Made by a program: the position numbers and the translations under genes
DNA from: an uncultured candidate division Zixibacteria bacterium
Lineage (GTDB): Bacteria; Zixibacteria; MSB-5A5; UBA10806; 4484-95
Direction of reading: 5' to 3'
Assembly (NCBI GenBank): GCA_963668625.2
Contig: CAXXKA010000006.1
Location: 855,122-919,121, forward strand
Length of the DNA: 64,000 nt
Notes under the pieces: generated by a model
Told to the model about the DNA's origin: nothing
Databases searched by the model: none
The model's input: the letters and a program-made list of their open reading frames with translations, nothing else
Shown: positions 50,362 through 60,306 of the stretch, piece by piece
Layout of the letters: every line of letters starts with the position of its first letter
Position numbering within the stretch: position 1 is the first letter of the stretch

Positions 50362-51120
50362 ATGAACATCGCAATCCTAGTAAAGCAAACACCGCAGGTC
50401 TCAGAGGTTACAGTCTCCGATAAACCCGAATGGCCCGATGACGAGATCATTGTCAACCCGTTTGATGAGTACGCTATCGAGGAGGCCCTGCTGATTAAGG
50501 AAAAGCAAGGCGGTAAAGCCATCGCCATATCCTACGGCACCGAGGAGGCCGTCTCGGCGTTACGAGCGGCATTGGCCCTGGGTGTGGATGAGGCATACCT
50601 CATAGCCGATCCCGATTACACCTTCCTCGATCCGCAGAAAGCGGCGCAGGCGCTGGCTAAAGCAGTCGAGAAAATCGGCGATATCAACATGGTGCTTACC
50701 GGCAAGCAGGCCACTGATGACGACTCAGCCGTGACCGCGCCCTCGGTAGCGGCATATCTCGACTGGCCGCAAACAGGTTTCGTAAAGAAATTCGATTCGG
50801 TCGCCGATGACAAAGTCGTTGCCTTCCGCTCCACCGATGGCGGCTATGACAAGGTAGAGGTACCGCTTCCGGCAGTGTTCTCGGTGGTCAAGGAGATCAA
50901 CGAGCCGAGACTGCCCTCGCTTAAAGGCAAGATGAAAGCCAAGAAAGCGAAAATCGAGCAGTGGAGTCCGGCTGATCTGGGTATCGAGCTAAAACCGATG
51001 CTCAATCAGAAATCGGTATCAGCTCCGGCGCCTCGTGCGGCAGGGGAGATTCTCACCGGCGAGAAAGATGAGATAATCGATAAGCTGGTAAAGAAATTGA
51101 AAGAGGATCAGGTTATTTAA
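50362..51120 (+). CDS. etfB: Electron transfer flavoprotein beta subunit
   Basis: VKQTP, NPFDEYAIEEA, GKQATDDD, INEPRLPSLKGKMKAKK. Confidence 0.93.
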   Translation: MNIAILVKQTPQVSEVTVSDKPEWPDDEIIVNPFDEYAIEEALLIKEKQGGKAIAISYGTEEAVSALRAALALGVDEAYLIADPDYTFLDPQKAAQALAKAVEKIGDINMVLTGKQATDDDSAVTAPSVAAYLDWPQTGFVKKFDSVADDKVVAFRSTDGGYDKVEVPLPAVFSVVKEINEPRLPSLKGKMKAKKAKIEQWSPADLGIELKPMLNQKSVSAPAPRAAGEILTGEKDEIIDKLVKKLKEDQVI

Positions 51121-51145
51121 TTCTGTTGAAAATATTAAAGTTCTC

Positions 51146-51223
51146 ATGGCTGGCGGATGATCTCATCCGCCAGTTTTTGCTTGCAGGCATTCAGGTTGAG
51201 GCACGGGGACATACGCCAACCAC
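51146..51223. repeat. REPIN-like double-hairpin repeat, copy 2 (inverted); first hairpin plus T-tract may terminate the operon
   Basis: CTGGCGGATGA-TC-TCATCCGCCAG-TTTTT; homologous to 35246-35324. Confidence 0.7.
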
Positions 51224-51452
51224 GAATAAACCATAGTTTCTCAGTAAGGCTGCTCTATGAAACGATCCTACATGTTTGTATCACAATATATACATTATAC
51301 TGATAAAGTCGTTGTATTGAAGCTAATAAGTATCATTATAGAGGAATATTTTATTAGTTGTGTGATTTAAATCATCAATATAATGTTACAGAATATAATT
51401 ATTAGGACATAAGTTTCAATTAACCATTACTCCTGCGATCATCCCCAGCCCC

Positions 51453-51556
51453 ATTATTACGGAGCACCGCTTCGTAATGCCTTATGAAATTAGCAGTTAA
51501 GCGTTAATAGAAGTAGCTACGCCGGGCAGTTTCCCAAGCGGCGCTTGGGGAATAAG
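51453..51556. repeat. REP-like palindrome pair
   Basis: ATTACGGAG-CACCG-CTTCGTAAT and CCCAAGCG-G-CGCTTGGG; the latter resembles TTACCAAACAGAGTTTGGTAA at 17028. Confidence 0.5.
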
Positions 51557-51773
51557 GGGTTGATACTTGTTTAAAATTACAATGTTGTGGTTTTCTTCGC
51601 ACATGTATGTCGTTGTTTTTCTTGCACAACACTGAGTGTTATTTTTATATTCAATTATATCAATAAGTTAGATGTGTTCATATAAATAACTTGTTAATTT
51701 TTATGCTTGACAAAAAGGATGAGTGCATTTAATTGATTGTGAGTAAAAATAACATTACAAAACGGTAGTTAAA

Positions 51774-54700
51774 ATGGCCGAGATTATAAACAACCGCTAT
51801 AGCATCGTGGATGACCTGGGTCGGGGCGGCATGGGGCAAGTATACAAAGTTACGGATAATACCGACGGTTCGGTAAAAGCTTTAAAGATTCTTAAGTCCG
51901 GATTAGTCTCACAAATTGATGCATTCAAGGAAGAGTTTAAGTTACTTACGCAATTGCGTTATCCATATCTGGTTAGAGTGTATGATTTCGGCATTAATGA
52001 GGCTGGCTTGCCATATTTCACCATGGACTACCTTCTGGGTGGAGATATTCAAAGTAAAGCATCAAGTGTTAGCCTTAAGGAATATTATATCATGGCCATA
52101 AAAGCGCTTTCAGCGCTTGATTATATTCACTCGCGAAATATCATTCATGGTGATCTTAAGCCCTCTAATATTATGTTCGATGAGCTGGGAAATCTCAAAC
52201 TGGTGGATTTTGGCCTGGCCATTCATCTCCAAAGCGATAAATCCCCTAAATCATCCGGTACGCTGGAATTTGCCTCTCCTGAGGCTCTTCAGGCGCACGG
52301 GATATCCGCCCGAAGCGATTTATACAGTTTGGGGCTGGTTCTTTATGAGCTTTTATTCAATCAGCCATTTTACCGGGGCACTACCAGCGAAATGCTATCC
52401 TCGAAACTTAGCGAGCAGTTCGAGCTGCCGAGTTTTCCTGAGGAAAAAGGCGGCAGCGAATTACGTCAGGCGTTGGCTAACCTGATGCAGAACGACCCGG
52501 ACAAGCGATATCAATCGGCGGGCGAGGCAGCCAAGGTTTTCAGCGGTTTCTATTATAGTGAGGGCTCTAGTTCGGCGGCGGTTCTATCCGGAGATCATCA
52601 GAAGAGCCGGGACTATTTCGAACGGGCGGCATTCGCCGGGAGAAGCGAGGAGTATAAAAAACTCCAACTTCAATATGAGAGATTGAAAAAAGGCCGTAGC
52701 TCGGTCGTATTCATAGCCGGTGAATCGGGAGTCGGCAAAAGCCGTCTGGCCGAACAATTCAAATACGATATTCAGATGGCAGGGGATGATTTCATATTCT
52801 CGTTATGCTTGTTGGATGACAACCGGCCGCTATCCCCGATTATCGATCTTCTGAAACAAATATTCGTTAATTACGATTCGGATATGGCCAAATTCTGTAG
52901 CCTGGGTGATGAGATCAAGAAATTGTTTCCACGCAAATTCCCGGAGGTGCCCGGTGAACAGGATATCAACCGTGGCCGGCAGAGGTTATTCGATAACCTG
53001 TACAAGTATTTCAGGATGATAAACGCTAAAAAACAGTTGGTGATGCTGATCGAGGATATACAATACGCTGACAGTCTAACTCTCGATTTCCTGGATTATA
53101 TCACCAAACTTCTTAAGATAGATAATTTAGACAGCGATAAAGGCATACTGATACTGATTACCTCTCAAATCGTACCCGAATCGAAAGACTGGCAATTCAT
53201 AGAATCGTCCGAACAAATCGTGCTGGAACCGGCCAATCAGGAGTTGTGGGATAATTATATCCAAAGTTTGTTCGGCGATTTCATCCCTCCGACTGATTTT
53301 TCCGGAAAATTATTCGAAGAGACCGGCGGCAATTTCTTTTTTGCCGAGGAGCTTCTTAAAAACCTGGCCGATGGTGGCGCATTGATTCGCACCGAGGGCT
53401 ACTGGCGTTTGAAGCCTGATATGCTGGCGGAGCTGCCGATTCCGCAATCGGTGCAGGAGGCTATCGAAAGGCGGCTTTCCCGTCTGCGCATACAACATCA
53501 GTTGATAGTGGAGCAGGCGGCCGTAATCGGTACGGTTTTGTATCCTGATGATTTACTGGCGCTCGCCGGTTATTCCGATGAGGCCTTGAAACTTCTGGAT
53601 GAGTTGGTGGCATTGCGCGTATTCCGTCGCTTTAAAGGCTTTTTTAGTTTTCTACACAATCAGGTTAAAGAGGTCGTTTATAATAATCTCGATAAAAACA
53701 AAGCCATACTTTTACATAAAAAGACCGCCCGTTATTTCGAGGCCAAAGGAGCCGAACCTGACTATCTGGCGATGCAATATTTAGCCGCCGGCGAAAAAAC
53801 GAGCGCGGTTACGTATTTCATGCAAGCCGGTAAAAACGCCGGGGATGTTTTCGGCTGGGAGCAAAGCTCGAATTTCTACGCCAGAGCTCTGGATATCATT
53901 CAATCTTGGGAGCAGGCCCCCGAATCGGCCGGATTTAAGGCGCTATTGGGGCAAAGCCGGGCCTTGATGTATATCGATCCCAAAAAAGCAGAAACCTCGC
54001 TTGAGATGGCTCTAAACGAGGTGGATAAAACCGATAATCCCAATCGCAGCCTGGTTACGGTGCTTATCAAACAGGGCGAGAACAGCCAGCATCTGGGGGA
54101 TAACGAAAAAGCGCTACATCACTACGATAAGGCCATGGCTATCGAAAATGAAGAGCGGGCCAATGACCAGTGGCCCGATCTTCTGGGACAGGCGCTACTG
54201 GGCAAGGGCTGGACTTTGAGCAAATTAGGTAATTTCGATGACGCGAGTAAGCAATATTACCGGGCGCTCGATTATTTCGTTGAGGACCCGGAGAAAATGT
54301 GTCGGGTGCTGGGCAATCTCGGTATCGTCTACCTGAGGAAAAACGATCTTGATGGTGGGCTTGACTATTTCAACAGATCTTTGAAAGTCTGCCAGGAATA
54401 CGACTATAAATGGCCGGCTATGCAGCTTTACGGCAATATAGGCAATGTCTATAATGCCAGGAGCGAATACAATCAGGCGCTCGAATATTACGCCAAATCG
54501 CTGGAAATAGCGCTGGCAATATCCGACCGCCGCATCGAGGCGATTAATTTACTTAATATAGGCAACGCTTATAACCACCTGGGAAAACCTACCGAGGCGT
54601 TAACGAATTTCGAGAAAGCCCTGAAAATCCAGAAAGCTATCGGTGATCGCGGTAGCGAGGCTATTACATATAATAATTTATCCGAAACCTATCTTATTTT

Positions 54701-56972
54701 GGGGATGTTCCGCAAAGCTTATAATTTCGCCAAGAACGGCCTGGATATGGCTACGACCATCAAGGAGCCGAGAATTCAATTGGCCAACCGTCGGGCATTA
54801 GCTGATATCTACCTGGCTATAGGCGATCTGGCTAAAGCCTCTACCGAAATCGAGAGAGCTATCAACCAGGCAGGCGAGCTAAAGGATGAATCGCAGCGAT
54901 TATGGGCGGTGGCTATCCTGGCTGAGATTCTGGTTAATCAAAGGCGATTCGAGGATGCTGAAAAGCTTATCGATACTGCCCTGGCTGATGAGATAGATGA
55001 TTCGGGTTTGAGAGGTCGGTTGTTGATGGTCAGGGCCGAGATGATGATCTATACAGGAGATAGCGAGACCGGCCGGGGGACACTCGAGGAACTGGCTTCG
55101 TTCGATCAACCGTTATCGCAGAAATCGGTTTATCATTATTTGAATTCGCTGTGGCTATATACGTTTTCCGAGGCCAGGGCCGATTTGCTGGAGGCTGAAT
55201 CGGAGGTTGAGCTGGCTATGAAATTATCCGATAAATACGGGCCATCCGGGGACAAACCCAGAGCTCTATTGCTACTGGAGAAGATCAAAACCAGGCTGGG
55301 CGAACGTCACGAAAATTACACCGAGAAAGCTATCAATCTGGCTATAGGTTTTTGCGCCGGACTACCCGAAAGCAGCCAGAAAATGTATCTGGCCAAATTT
55401 AAATCGTATAATAAAAATGATATAGAGGAGAATAACATGGAGAAATCAACCAAAGAGAAGGGTTTTGAGATACTCTTCGAGGTTGCAAAATCGATAAATT
55501 CAATCCTGGAACTCGATCCGCTTTTGAACCGCGTTATGGATTTGATGCTGGAGAACATGAAAGCCGAGCGCGGATTCATTATGTTAAAAGACGCCGAGGG
55601 GAATTTAGAACCCACAGTTGCCAGGAATATCGATAAGGAGACGATCCTAGAAGAGAGTTCGATTTCTCATTCGACCATAAATGATGTTTTCTCCTCGAGC
55701 AAGCCATTGCTTTTTAATCATACTCCGGGCGAGAACCAGGACAGAGAATCTGTTATTGATTTTCAGATAACCAGTATAATCTGCGCTCCCCTGACTGTTA
55801 ATGAACAGGCTATAGGTATAGTATATATCGATAGCCGGGCGACAAACCACGTGTTTAACGGGGAGGATCTCGAGTTCCTGGAGAGTTTCTGTAACCTGGC
55901 GGCAATAGCAATCGAGAACGCTTATGTAGCTGATTCCCTTACCGATCGAAATGTATACCTTCAAAAACAGGTGGAGAAAAGCTCCAGCTTCCAGAATATT
56001 ATCGGGCGGTCCTCGCCGATGCAGAAAGTGTTTCGCATGGCCGAATCGGTGGCCAACACCGATGCCACTGTCGTGATCACCGGCGAGTCGGGAACCGGCA
56101 AGGAGATTTTAGCCAAAGCGATACATTTCGCCAGCCAGCGCAAGAAAGCCAAGTTTATCCCGGTTGATTGCGGCGCGCTGCCCGAATCGCTCCTCGAATC
56201 GGAGTTGTTCGGACATAAGAAAGGTTCATTCACCGGCGCTATTTCCGATAGAATAGGGCTTTTCGATGAGGCAAACGGAGGCACTATATTTTTAGATGAG
56301 ATAACCAATACCAGTCAGAATTTCCAGGTAAAACTACTGCGAGTGATACAGGAGGGTGAGTTCAGGCGGGTAGGGGATGTTAAATCGCGGCGAGTAAACG
56401 TCAGGATTATTGCAGCCACGAATAAAAAACTGGAGAATGAGGTAAAAGAGGGTAATTTCCGGGAGGACTTGTATTACAGGATTAATGTGGTCAATCTCTT
56501 GCTGCCGGCTCTGAGGGATCGTAAGGAGGATATTCCTATTCTGGCCAACTATTTCCTGGAAGTTATTTGTGAGAAAATGAATATCGCAAGAAAGAGTATC
56601 AGCAATAAGGCTATCGATTACCTGGTTAATTTCAGATGGCCGGGGAATGTCAGGCAGCTTGAAAACGCAATTGAGCGCATGGTAATATTTTCGGAGGGAG
56701 CCCAGGTTGAGGTGGCCGATCTGCCGCAGGAGATAAAGTCGATGTTCGATGGAATGTCGACCGACAATAAAACCCAGGTCAGTGTGCCTAAAACTAAAGT
56801 AGAGCTGAAAGCCGCCAAAGCTCAGCTTGACAGGATGTTTCTGGTTGGAGTAATGGAGATGGCAGAGGGGAATGTGATGAAAGCGGCGCGTATATCAGGT
56901 ATGGATCGCACCCAACTTCACCACATGTTCAATAAATATAGTATCAATACGACTAATTTCAGGAAGAAATAG
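51774..56972 (+). CDS. Ser/Thr kinase-STAND-like NTPase-TPR-GAF-sigma54 activator (AAA+, Fis HTH) fusion
   Basis: GRGGMG, HGDLKPSN, DFG; GESGVGKS and IEDIQYAD; TPR array; GAF; GESGTGKE, ESELFGHKKGSFTGA, FLDEI, FREDLYYR, WPGNVRQLEN; GNVMKAAR HTH. Confidence 0.92.
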   Translation: MAEIINNRYSIVDDLGRGGMGQVYKVTDNTDGSVKALKILKSGLVSQIDAFKEEFKLLTQLRYPYLVRVYDFGINEAGLPYFTMDYLLGGDIQSKASSVSLKEYYIMAIKALSALDYIHSRNIIHGDLKPSNIMFDELGNLKLVDFGLAIHLQSDKSPKSSGTLEFASPEALQAHGISARSDLYSLGLVLYELLFNQPFYRGTTSEMLSSKLSEQFELPSFPEEKGGSELRQALANLMQNDPDKRYQSAGEAAKVFSGFYYSEGSSSAAVLSGDHQKSRDYFERAAFAGRSEEYKKLQLQYERLKKGRSSVVFIAGESGVGKSRLAEQFKYDIQMAGDDFIFSLCLLDDNRPLSPIIDLLKQIFVNYDSDMAKFCSLGDEIKKLFPRKFPEVPGEQDINRGRQRLFDNLYKYFRMINAKKQLVMLIEDIQYADSLTLDFLDYITKLLKIDNLDSDKGILILITSQIVPESKDWQFIESSEQIVLEPANQELWDNYIQSLFGDFIPPTDFSGKLFEETGGNFFFAEELLKNLADGGALIRTEGYWRLKPDMLAELPIPQSVQEAIERRLSRLRIQHQLIVEQAAVIGTVLYPDDLLALAGYSDEALKLLDELVALRVFRRFKGFFSFLHNQVKEVVYNNLDKNKAILLHKKTARYFEAKGAEPDYLAMQYLAAGEKTSAVTYFMQAGKNAGDVFGWEQSSNFYARALDIIQSWEQAPESAGFKALLGQSRALMYIDPKKAETSLEMALNEVDKTDNPNRSLVTVLIKQGENSQHLGDNEKALHHYDKAMAIENEERANDQWPDLLGQALLGKGWTLSKLGNFDDASKQYYRALDYFVEDPEKMCRVLGNLGIVYLRKNDLDGGLDYFNRSLKVCQEYDYKWPAMQLYGNIGNVYNARSEYNQALEYYAKSLEIALAISDRRIEAINLLNIGNAYNHLGKPTEALTNFEKALKIQKAIGDRGSEAITYNNLSETYLILGMFRKAYNFAKNGLDMATTIKEPRIQLANRRALADIYLAIGDLAKASTEIERAINQAGELKDESQRLWAVAILAEILVNQRRFEDAEKLIDTALADEIDDSGLRGRLLMVRAEMMIYTGDSETGRGTLEELASFDQPLSQKSVYHYLNSLWLYTFSEARADLLEAESEVELAMKLSDKYGPSGDKPRALLLLEKIKTRLGERHENYTEKAINLAIGFCAGLPESSQKMYLAKFKSYNKNDIEENNMEKSTKEKGFEILFEVAKSINSILELDPLLNRVMDLMLENMKAERGFIMLKDAEGNLEPTVARNIDKETILEESSISHSTINDVFSSSKPLLFNHTPGENQDRESVIDFQITSIICAPLTVNEQAIGIVYIDSRATNHVFNGEDLEFLESFCNLAAIAIENAYVADSLTDRNVYLQKQVEKSSSFQNIIGRSSPMQKVFRMAESVANTDATVVITGESGTGKEILAKAIHFASQRKKAKFIPVDCGALPESLLESELFGHKKGSFTGAISDRIGLFDEANGGTIFLDEITNTSQNFQVKLLRVIQEGEFRRVGDVKSRRVNVRIIAATNKKLENEVKEGNFREDLYYRINVVNLLLPALRDRKEDIPILANYFLEVICEKMNIARKSISNKAIDYLVNFRWPGNVRQLENAIERMVIFSEGAQVEVADLPQEIKSMFDGMSTDNKTQVSVPKTKVELKAAKAQLDRMFLVGVMEMAEGNVMKAARISGMDRTQLHHMFNKYSINTTNFRKK

Positions 56973-56985
56973 AGACCTGTTTTTG

Positions 56986-57138
56986 AGGATTGTAAAAATG
57001 TCTGTTGCACGAACAGCCGGGTGGGTTGAGTTTTCTGCTCATCTTTTTCCGGCGACTAATTGCAAAAACACAGATAGCGGCAAAGGATGGATAAAGAATT
57101 TCGTTTCCCGACACCTGAGACTGCTTTTTCAGCAGCCT
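56986..57138. mobile_element. MITE-like element (degenerate)
   Basis: AGGATTGTAAAAATG...CTTTTTCAGCAGCCT ends; internal homology to 17134-17204 and 16271-16285. Confidence 0.5.
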
Positions 57139-57262
57139 TTTGTGGTGGGAGGTAGTCAAATGATTTCTAACATGTTATTATCGAGGCGATAATGGAATTG
57201 AAACAAATGAAAGATTTTTCTTGTTTTTTATAGTGATTACTATATATTTATAGCGGTGTTTT

Positions 57263-59113
57263 ATGGGTAATAGTATAAAAATAATAACTCTGATTCTTTT
57301 ATTAAGCATGTCAGCTTTAGCCAGCAATCAGGGCATGATAAAAGGAACCGTGTTCAATGCTGACGGCGTTCCGTTGTCTAATTCCAAGATAGTATTCTAC
57401 TCGGCGGAAATGGAAGCGGTCGATTCGGTCATCACCGATGTTACCGGTGTGTTTTCTATCTCTCTTGAATCGGATAAGTATTATATCTCCGCCTCAGCTT
57501 TTAACTATACCCGTATGCTTTACCCGAATGTTTATCAATTCCACAATGCTTCCCTTGTCGAGTTGTTCGCCGGTCAGATTAAAGAGATCAGTTTTAATCT
57601 GATTCGCGGTGGAATTATCTGCGGTCAGATTTATACATATAACGAAGAGCAGGAAGCGTTCCTCGTAACAGCGATCAAGGTAAGTTCACCGTATGCCGGC
57701 TGGCAGAACTCTCAGGAATATATCATAAGCTCTCACGGTGATTATTGCCTCGATGGTTTATTGCCTGGTTATTATAAAGTTCTAGTGAACGGCCAGGATT
57801 ATAGTTCGGAATATTTTCCTGGTGTTGGCAATATTGATGAGGCCGATCTGGTGGATGTTGAGCAGGGCTCGATTGCCAATAACGTTAGTTTCAATATGGA
57901 GCAACCGAATGTTGGGATTGTCAGGGGAATAGTGACAAGCAACGATCGTTCTTATCTGGTGGAGCATGCCAAGGTAATCGCTTATCAACAGCGGCTGCCC
58001 GAGTTGGACCCTTACAAGGTCACTACTTTCACTAACAGCAGTGGCGAATACAGATTCGAATTGTTGGGTGGCTATTATTATATATGCGCAATGATTGGAC
58101 CGGGTTGTGTTGGTGATGAGAGAATTGAGCTTTATTATAACGACAAATTCAGCAGTGAGTTTGCTACGCCGGTTCGAGTAAATCCCAACGGTGATGTAAC
58201 AGGGATTGACTTTGAATTCGATTTATCCAAAGATTACGGTTTGAAAATTTATGGCGCATTAAACAACAATCTCTCCGGTTTACCTATAAGCGGCGCTAAA
58301 CTAGCGGCTGTCGACTATTATACCGGCGAGGCTATCAGTATCGCATATAGCCGTTACAATGGCGAATTCGAAATCGAAAATCTTGTCTCCGGGACATATA
58401 TAATAGAGATTACCGGGCCGGGTATAGTACCATCATTTTGGCCGGATGTTTACAGTTGGCGACAGGCCGAAACTATCGAACTCAGTAACTCTAATTATAT
58501 AGTGTATAATGGTGGCGCGATCACTCAGGACTACGGCACTCCTGAATATGAAATCTCGGGTGTGGTTCGCGGTGATGGTCAGTTTCTGGAGAATACCAGA
58601 GTATATGCGACCAATACCGAAGATAACACGATTGTTTATAGCGCCACGAATTCGTTTGGTTATTATAACTTATCATCGGGGCTTCATTCGGGCGAGTATA
58701 AGTTATATGCCGATAAATACGGTTGGAACGGCTCGTATTATTCATCTAATATTGTCCTTGATTCGATAGCCTCTTATGAGGATATCAATTTTGAACTAAA
58801 TATGATTACGCTGAGCATCGATGAAACGGAAATAACTTTACCTGAACAGGTAGGTTTAATTGGGAATTATCCCAATCCATTCAATGCCAGCACTACGATA
58901 ATTATGTCATTTGATGAATCTCTCAATTCGCAGTTGGAGATTTACAATCTGACAGGACAACTGGTGAACTCTATACCATTCAAAGCGCAACCGGGGATCA
59001 ACACAATAATGTGGAATGGAGTCGCGGCAAACGGCAAAAACGTCTCCAGTGGTATATATTTATATAAAGTGCAAAGTCTTCCTGTTGTTAAAAAGATGGT
59101 ATTAGTAAAATAG
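57263..59113 (+). CDS. Secreted protein with carboxypeptidase-regulatory-like/Ig repeats and T9SS/FlgD-Ig-type C-terminal domain
   Basis: Signal peptide; repeated G.I.G.V...(Y/F)YP....A..V units; NYPNPFNASTTI...IYNLTGQLV...WNG...VSSGIY...KMVLVK. Confidence 0.85.
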   Translation: MGNSIKIITLILLLSMSALASNQGMIKGTVFNADGVPLSNSKIVFYSAEMEAVDSVITDVTGVFSISLESDKYYISASAFNYTRMLYPNVYQFHNASLVELFAGQIKEISFNLIRGGIICGQIYTYNEEQEAFLVTAIKVSSPYAGWQNSQEYIISSHGDYCLDGLLPGYYKVLVNGQDYSSEYFPGVGNIDEADLVDVEQGSIANNVSFNMEQPNVGIVRGIVTSNDRSYLVEHAKVIAYQQRLPELDPYKVTTFTNSSGEYRFELLGGYYYICAMIGPGCVGDERIELYYNDKFSSEFATPVRVNPNGDVTGIDFEFDLSKDYGLKIYGALNNNLSGLPISGAKLAAVDYYTGEAISIAYSRYNGEFEIENLVSGTYIIEITGPGIVPSFWPDVYSWRQAETIELSNSNYIVYNGGAITQDYGTPEYEISGVVRGDGQFLENTRVYATNTEDNTIVYSATNSFGYYNLSSGLHSGEYKLYADKYGWNGSYYSSNIVLDSIASYEDINFELNMITLSIDETEITLPEQVGLIGNYPNPFNASTTIIMSFDESLNSQLEIYNLTGQLVNSIPFKAQPGINTIMWNGVAANGKNVSSGIYLYKVQSLPVVKKMVLVK

Positions 59114-59368
59114 TTGATAATTTGCTGTAAGATTTCTTACATTAAGCAAATATTTAATTATGGGAAGATAAACAAGGGTAATATTATTACTAATTTGACA
59201 ACAGGGATTTGCATAGGCTATGAAGGTTTTTGCGCAAGCGGAACATTGAAGTACCAGTCCAATATAGATAATCTCTACGTTAAATAGTTGTGATTTACAA
59301 GTTGTTAACATGCAATACTTTAAGGGAAACATCGAGGATGGCATCAAGGTTTTGCTTAGTATGACTTA

Positions 59369-59384
59369 GGGCATGTATTTTGCT
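59369..59384 (+). promoter_or_regulatory. Sigma54 -24/-12 promoter
   Basis: GGGCATGTATTTTGCT matches GGCAYG-N4-TTGCW with GG-N10-GC spacing. Confidence 0.6.
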
Positions 59385-59411
59385 GAATTTGATTAGATAG
59401 TTGTTTGACAA

Positions 59412-60203
59412 ATGAATAAGATATTGTATGTCGATGATTATGGTCATCCTGGCGTAATAAACATGGCCATCGATGACCTTCTGGGAAAAAGAGAGATTCT
59501 ATCGGATTACGATTTCATCCTGAGAACTTATTTCTGGCACAAATCCACCTTGAGTTGCGGCTACCATCAGAAACCGGAAAAGCGCATTAATTTTGATGGC
59601 TGTAAATTGCATAATGTTGAGGTTGTCCGGCGTCCAACCGGTGGCCGGGAGCTTCTGCATGACGGTGATATGAGTTTCAGTATTACCGGCAAGCTGAGAG
59701 ATTCATCTGGCAAGGCAGAAGTGGGCGCAAAAGATTATTTCGTTAAAGCGGCCGGAGTAATTGTTGGTGGTTTGAGGGAGATCGGCATAAATGCCGAGGT
59801 AACCTCTGGAAATAAGAAATCAGCCGAACATGGCTCGGCGCCCTGTTTGGCGGCCATCTCGCAATACGAGATAGTATGCGAGGGCAGGAAGATTGTACCG
59901 ATGGCGCAACGTGTTTATCCTGAGGCAGTGATGGTACATGGCTCGATTCCGATTATTAGATCGAAAATCCCGACGGCTGAATTGATTGTAAACGGAAAAA
60001 ATAGCAGGCTGCAAAAGATAATCGAGGAATCATCGACGGATTTAGAGCGAGAATTAGAATCAGAATTTGATCTTGAGCGATTAAAATTCGGAATAAAAAG
60101 AGTCTTTGAGGGTAATTTCAGTGGCAAGGCTGAAATTGCCGGGATTTCGGATAGAGTACTTGAATTAGCGAATAATGAGAAAGCCAAGTGGAAAATACAA
60201 TAA
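59412..60203 (+). CDS. Lipoate-protein ligase/octanoyltransferase (LplA/LipM family) catalytic domain
   Basis: NMAIDD.L, LRTY.W..TLSCGY.Q, VVRRPTGG..LLHD, GRKIV..AQ, HGSI. Confidence 0.82.
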   Translation: MNKILYVDDYGHPGVINMAIDDLLGKREILSDYDFILRTYFWHKSTLSCGYHQKPEKRINFDGCKLHNVEVVRRPTGGRELLHDGDMSFSITGKLRDSSGKAEVGAKDYFVKAAGVIVGGLREIGINAEVTSGNKKSAEHGSAPCLAAISQYEIVCEGRKIVPMAQRVYPEAVMVHGSIPIIRSKIPTAELIVNGKNSRLQKIIEESSTDLERELESEFDLERLKFGIKRVFEGNFSGKAEIAGISDRVLELANNEKAKWKIQ

Positions 60204-60306
60204 AATTAAGTAACAACAAGTCATTTTTATTATGGGCTTCTAGGGAGGTGATACTTGAGTCTTTGTTTTACGGTTTGTAGGTTTTTTAACTTTTAAGGAG
60301 TAAGAT

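Noticed and set aside
56983-57192. 69-aa ORF after the kinase gene
   Set aside because: Coincides with the MITE-like repeat
59339-59357. TGGCATCAAGGTTTTGC as a sigma54 promoter
   Set aside because: GG-GC spacing is 12 rather than 10; the adjacent site at 59369 fits
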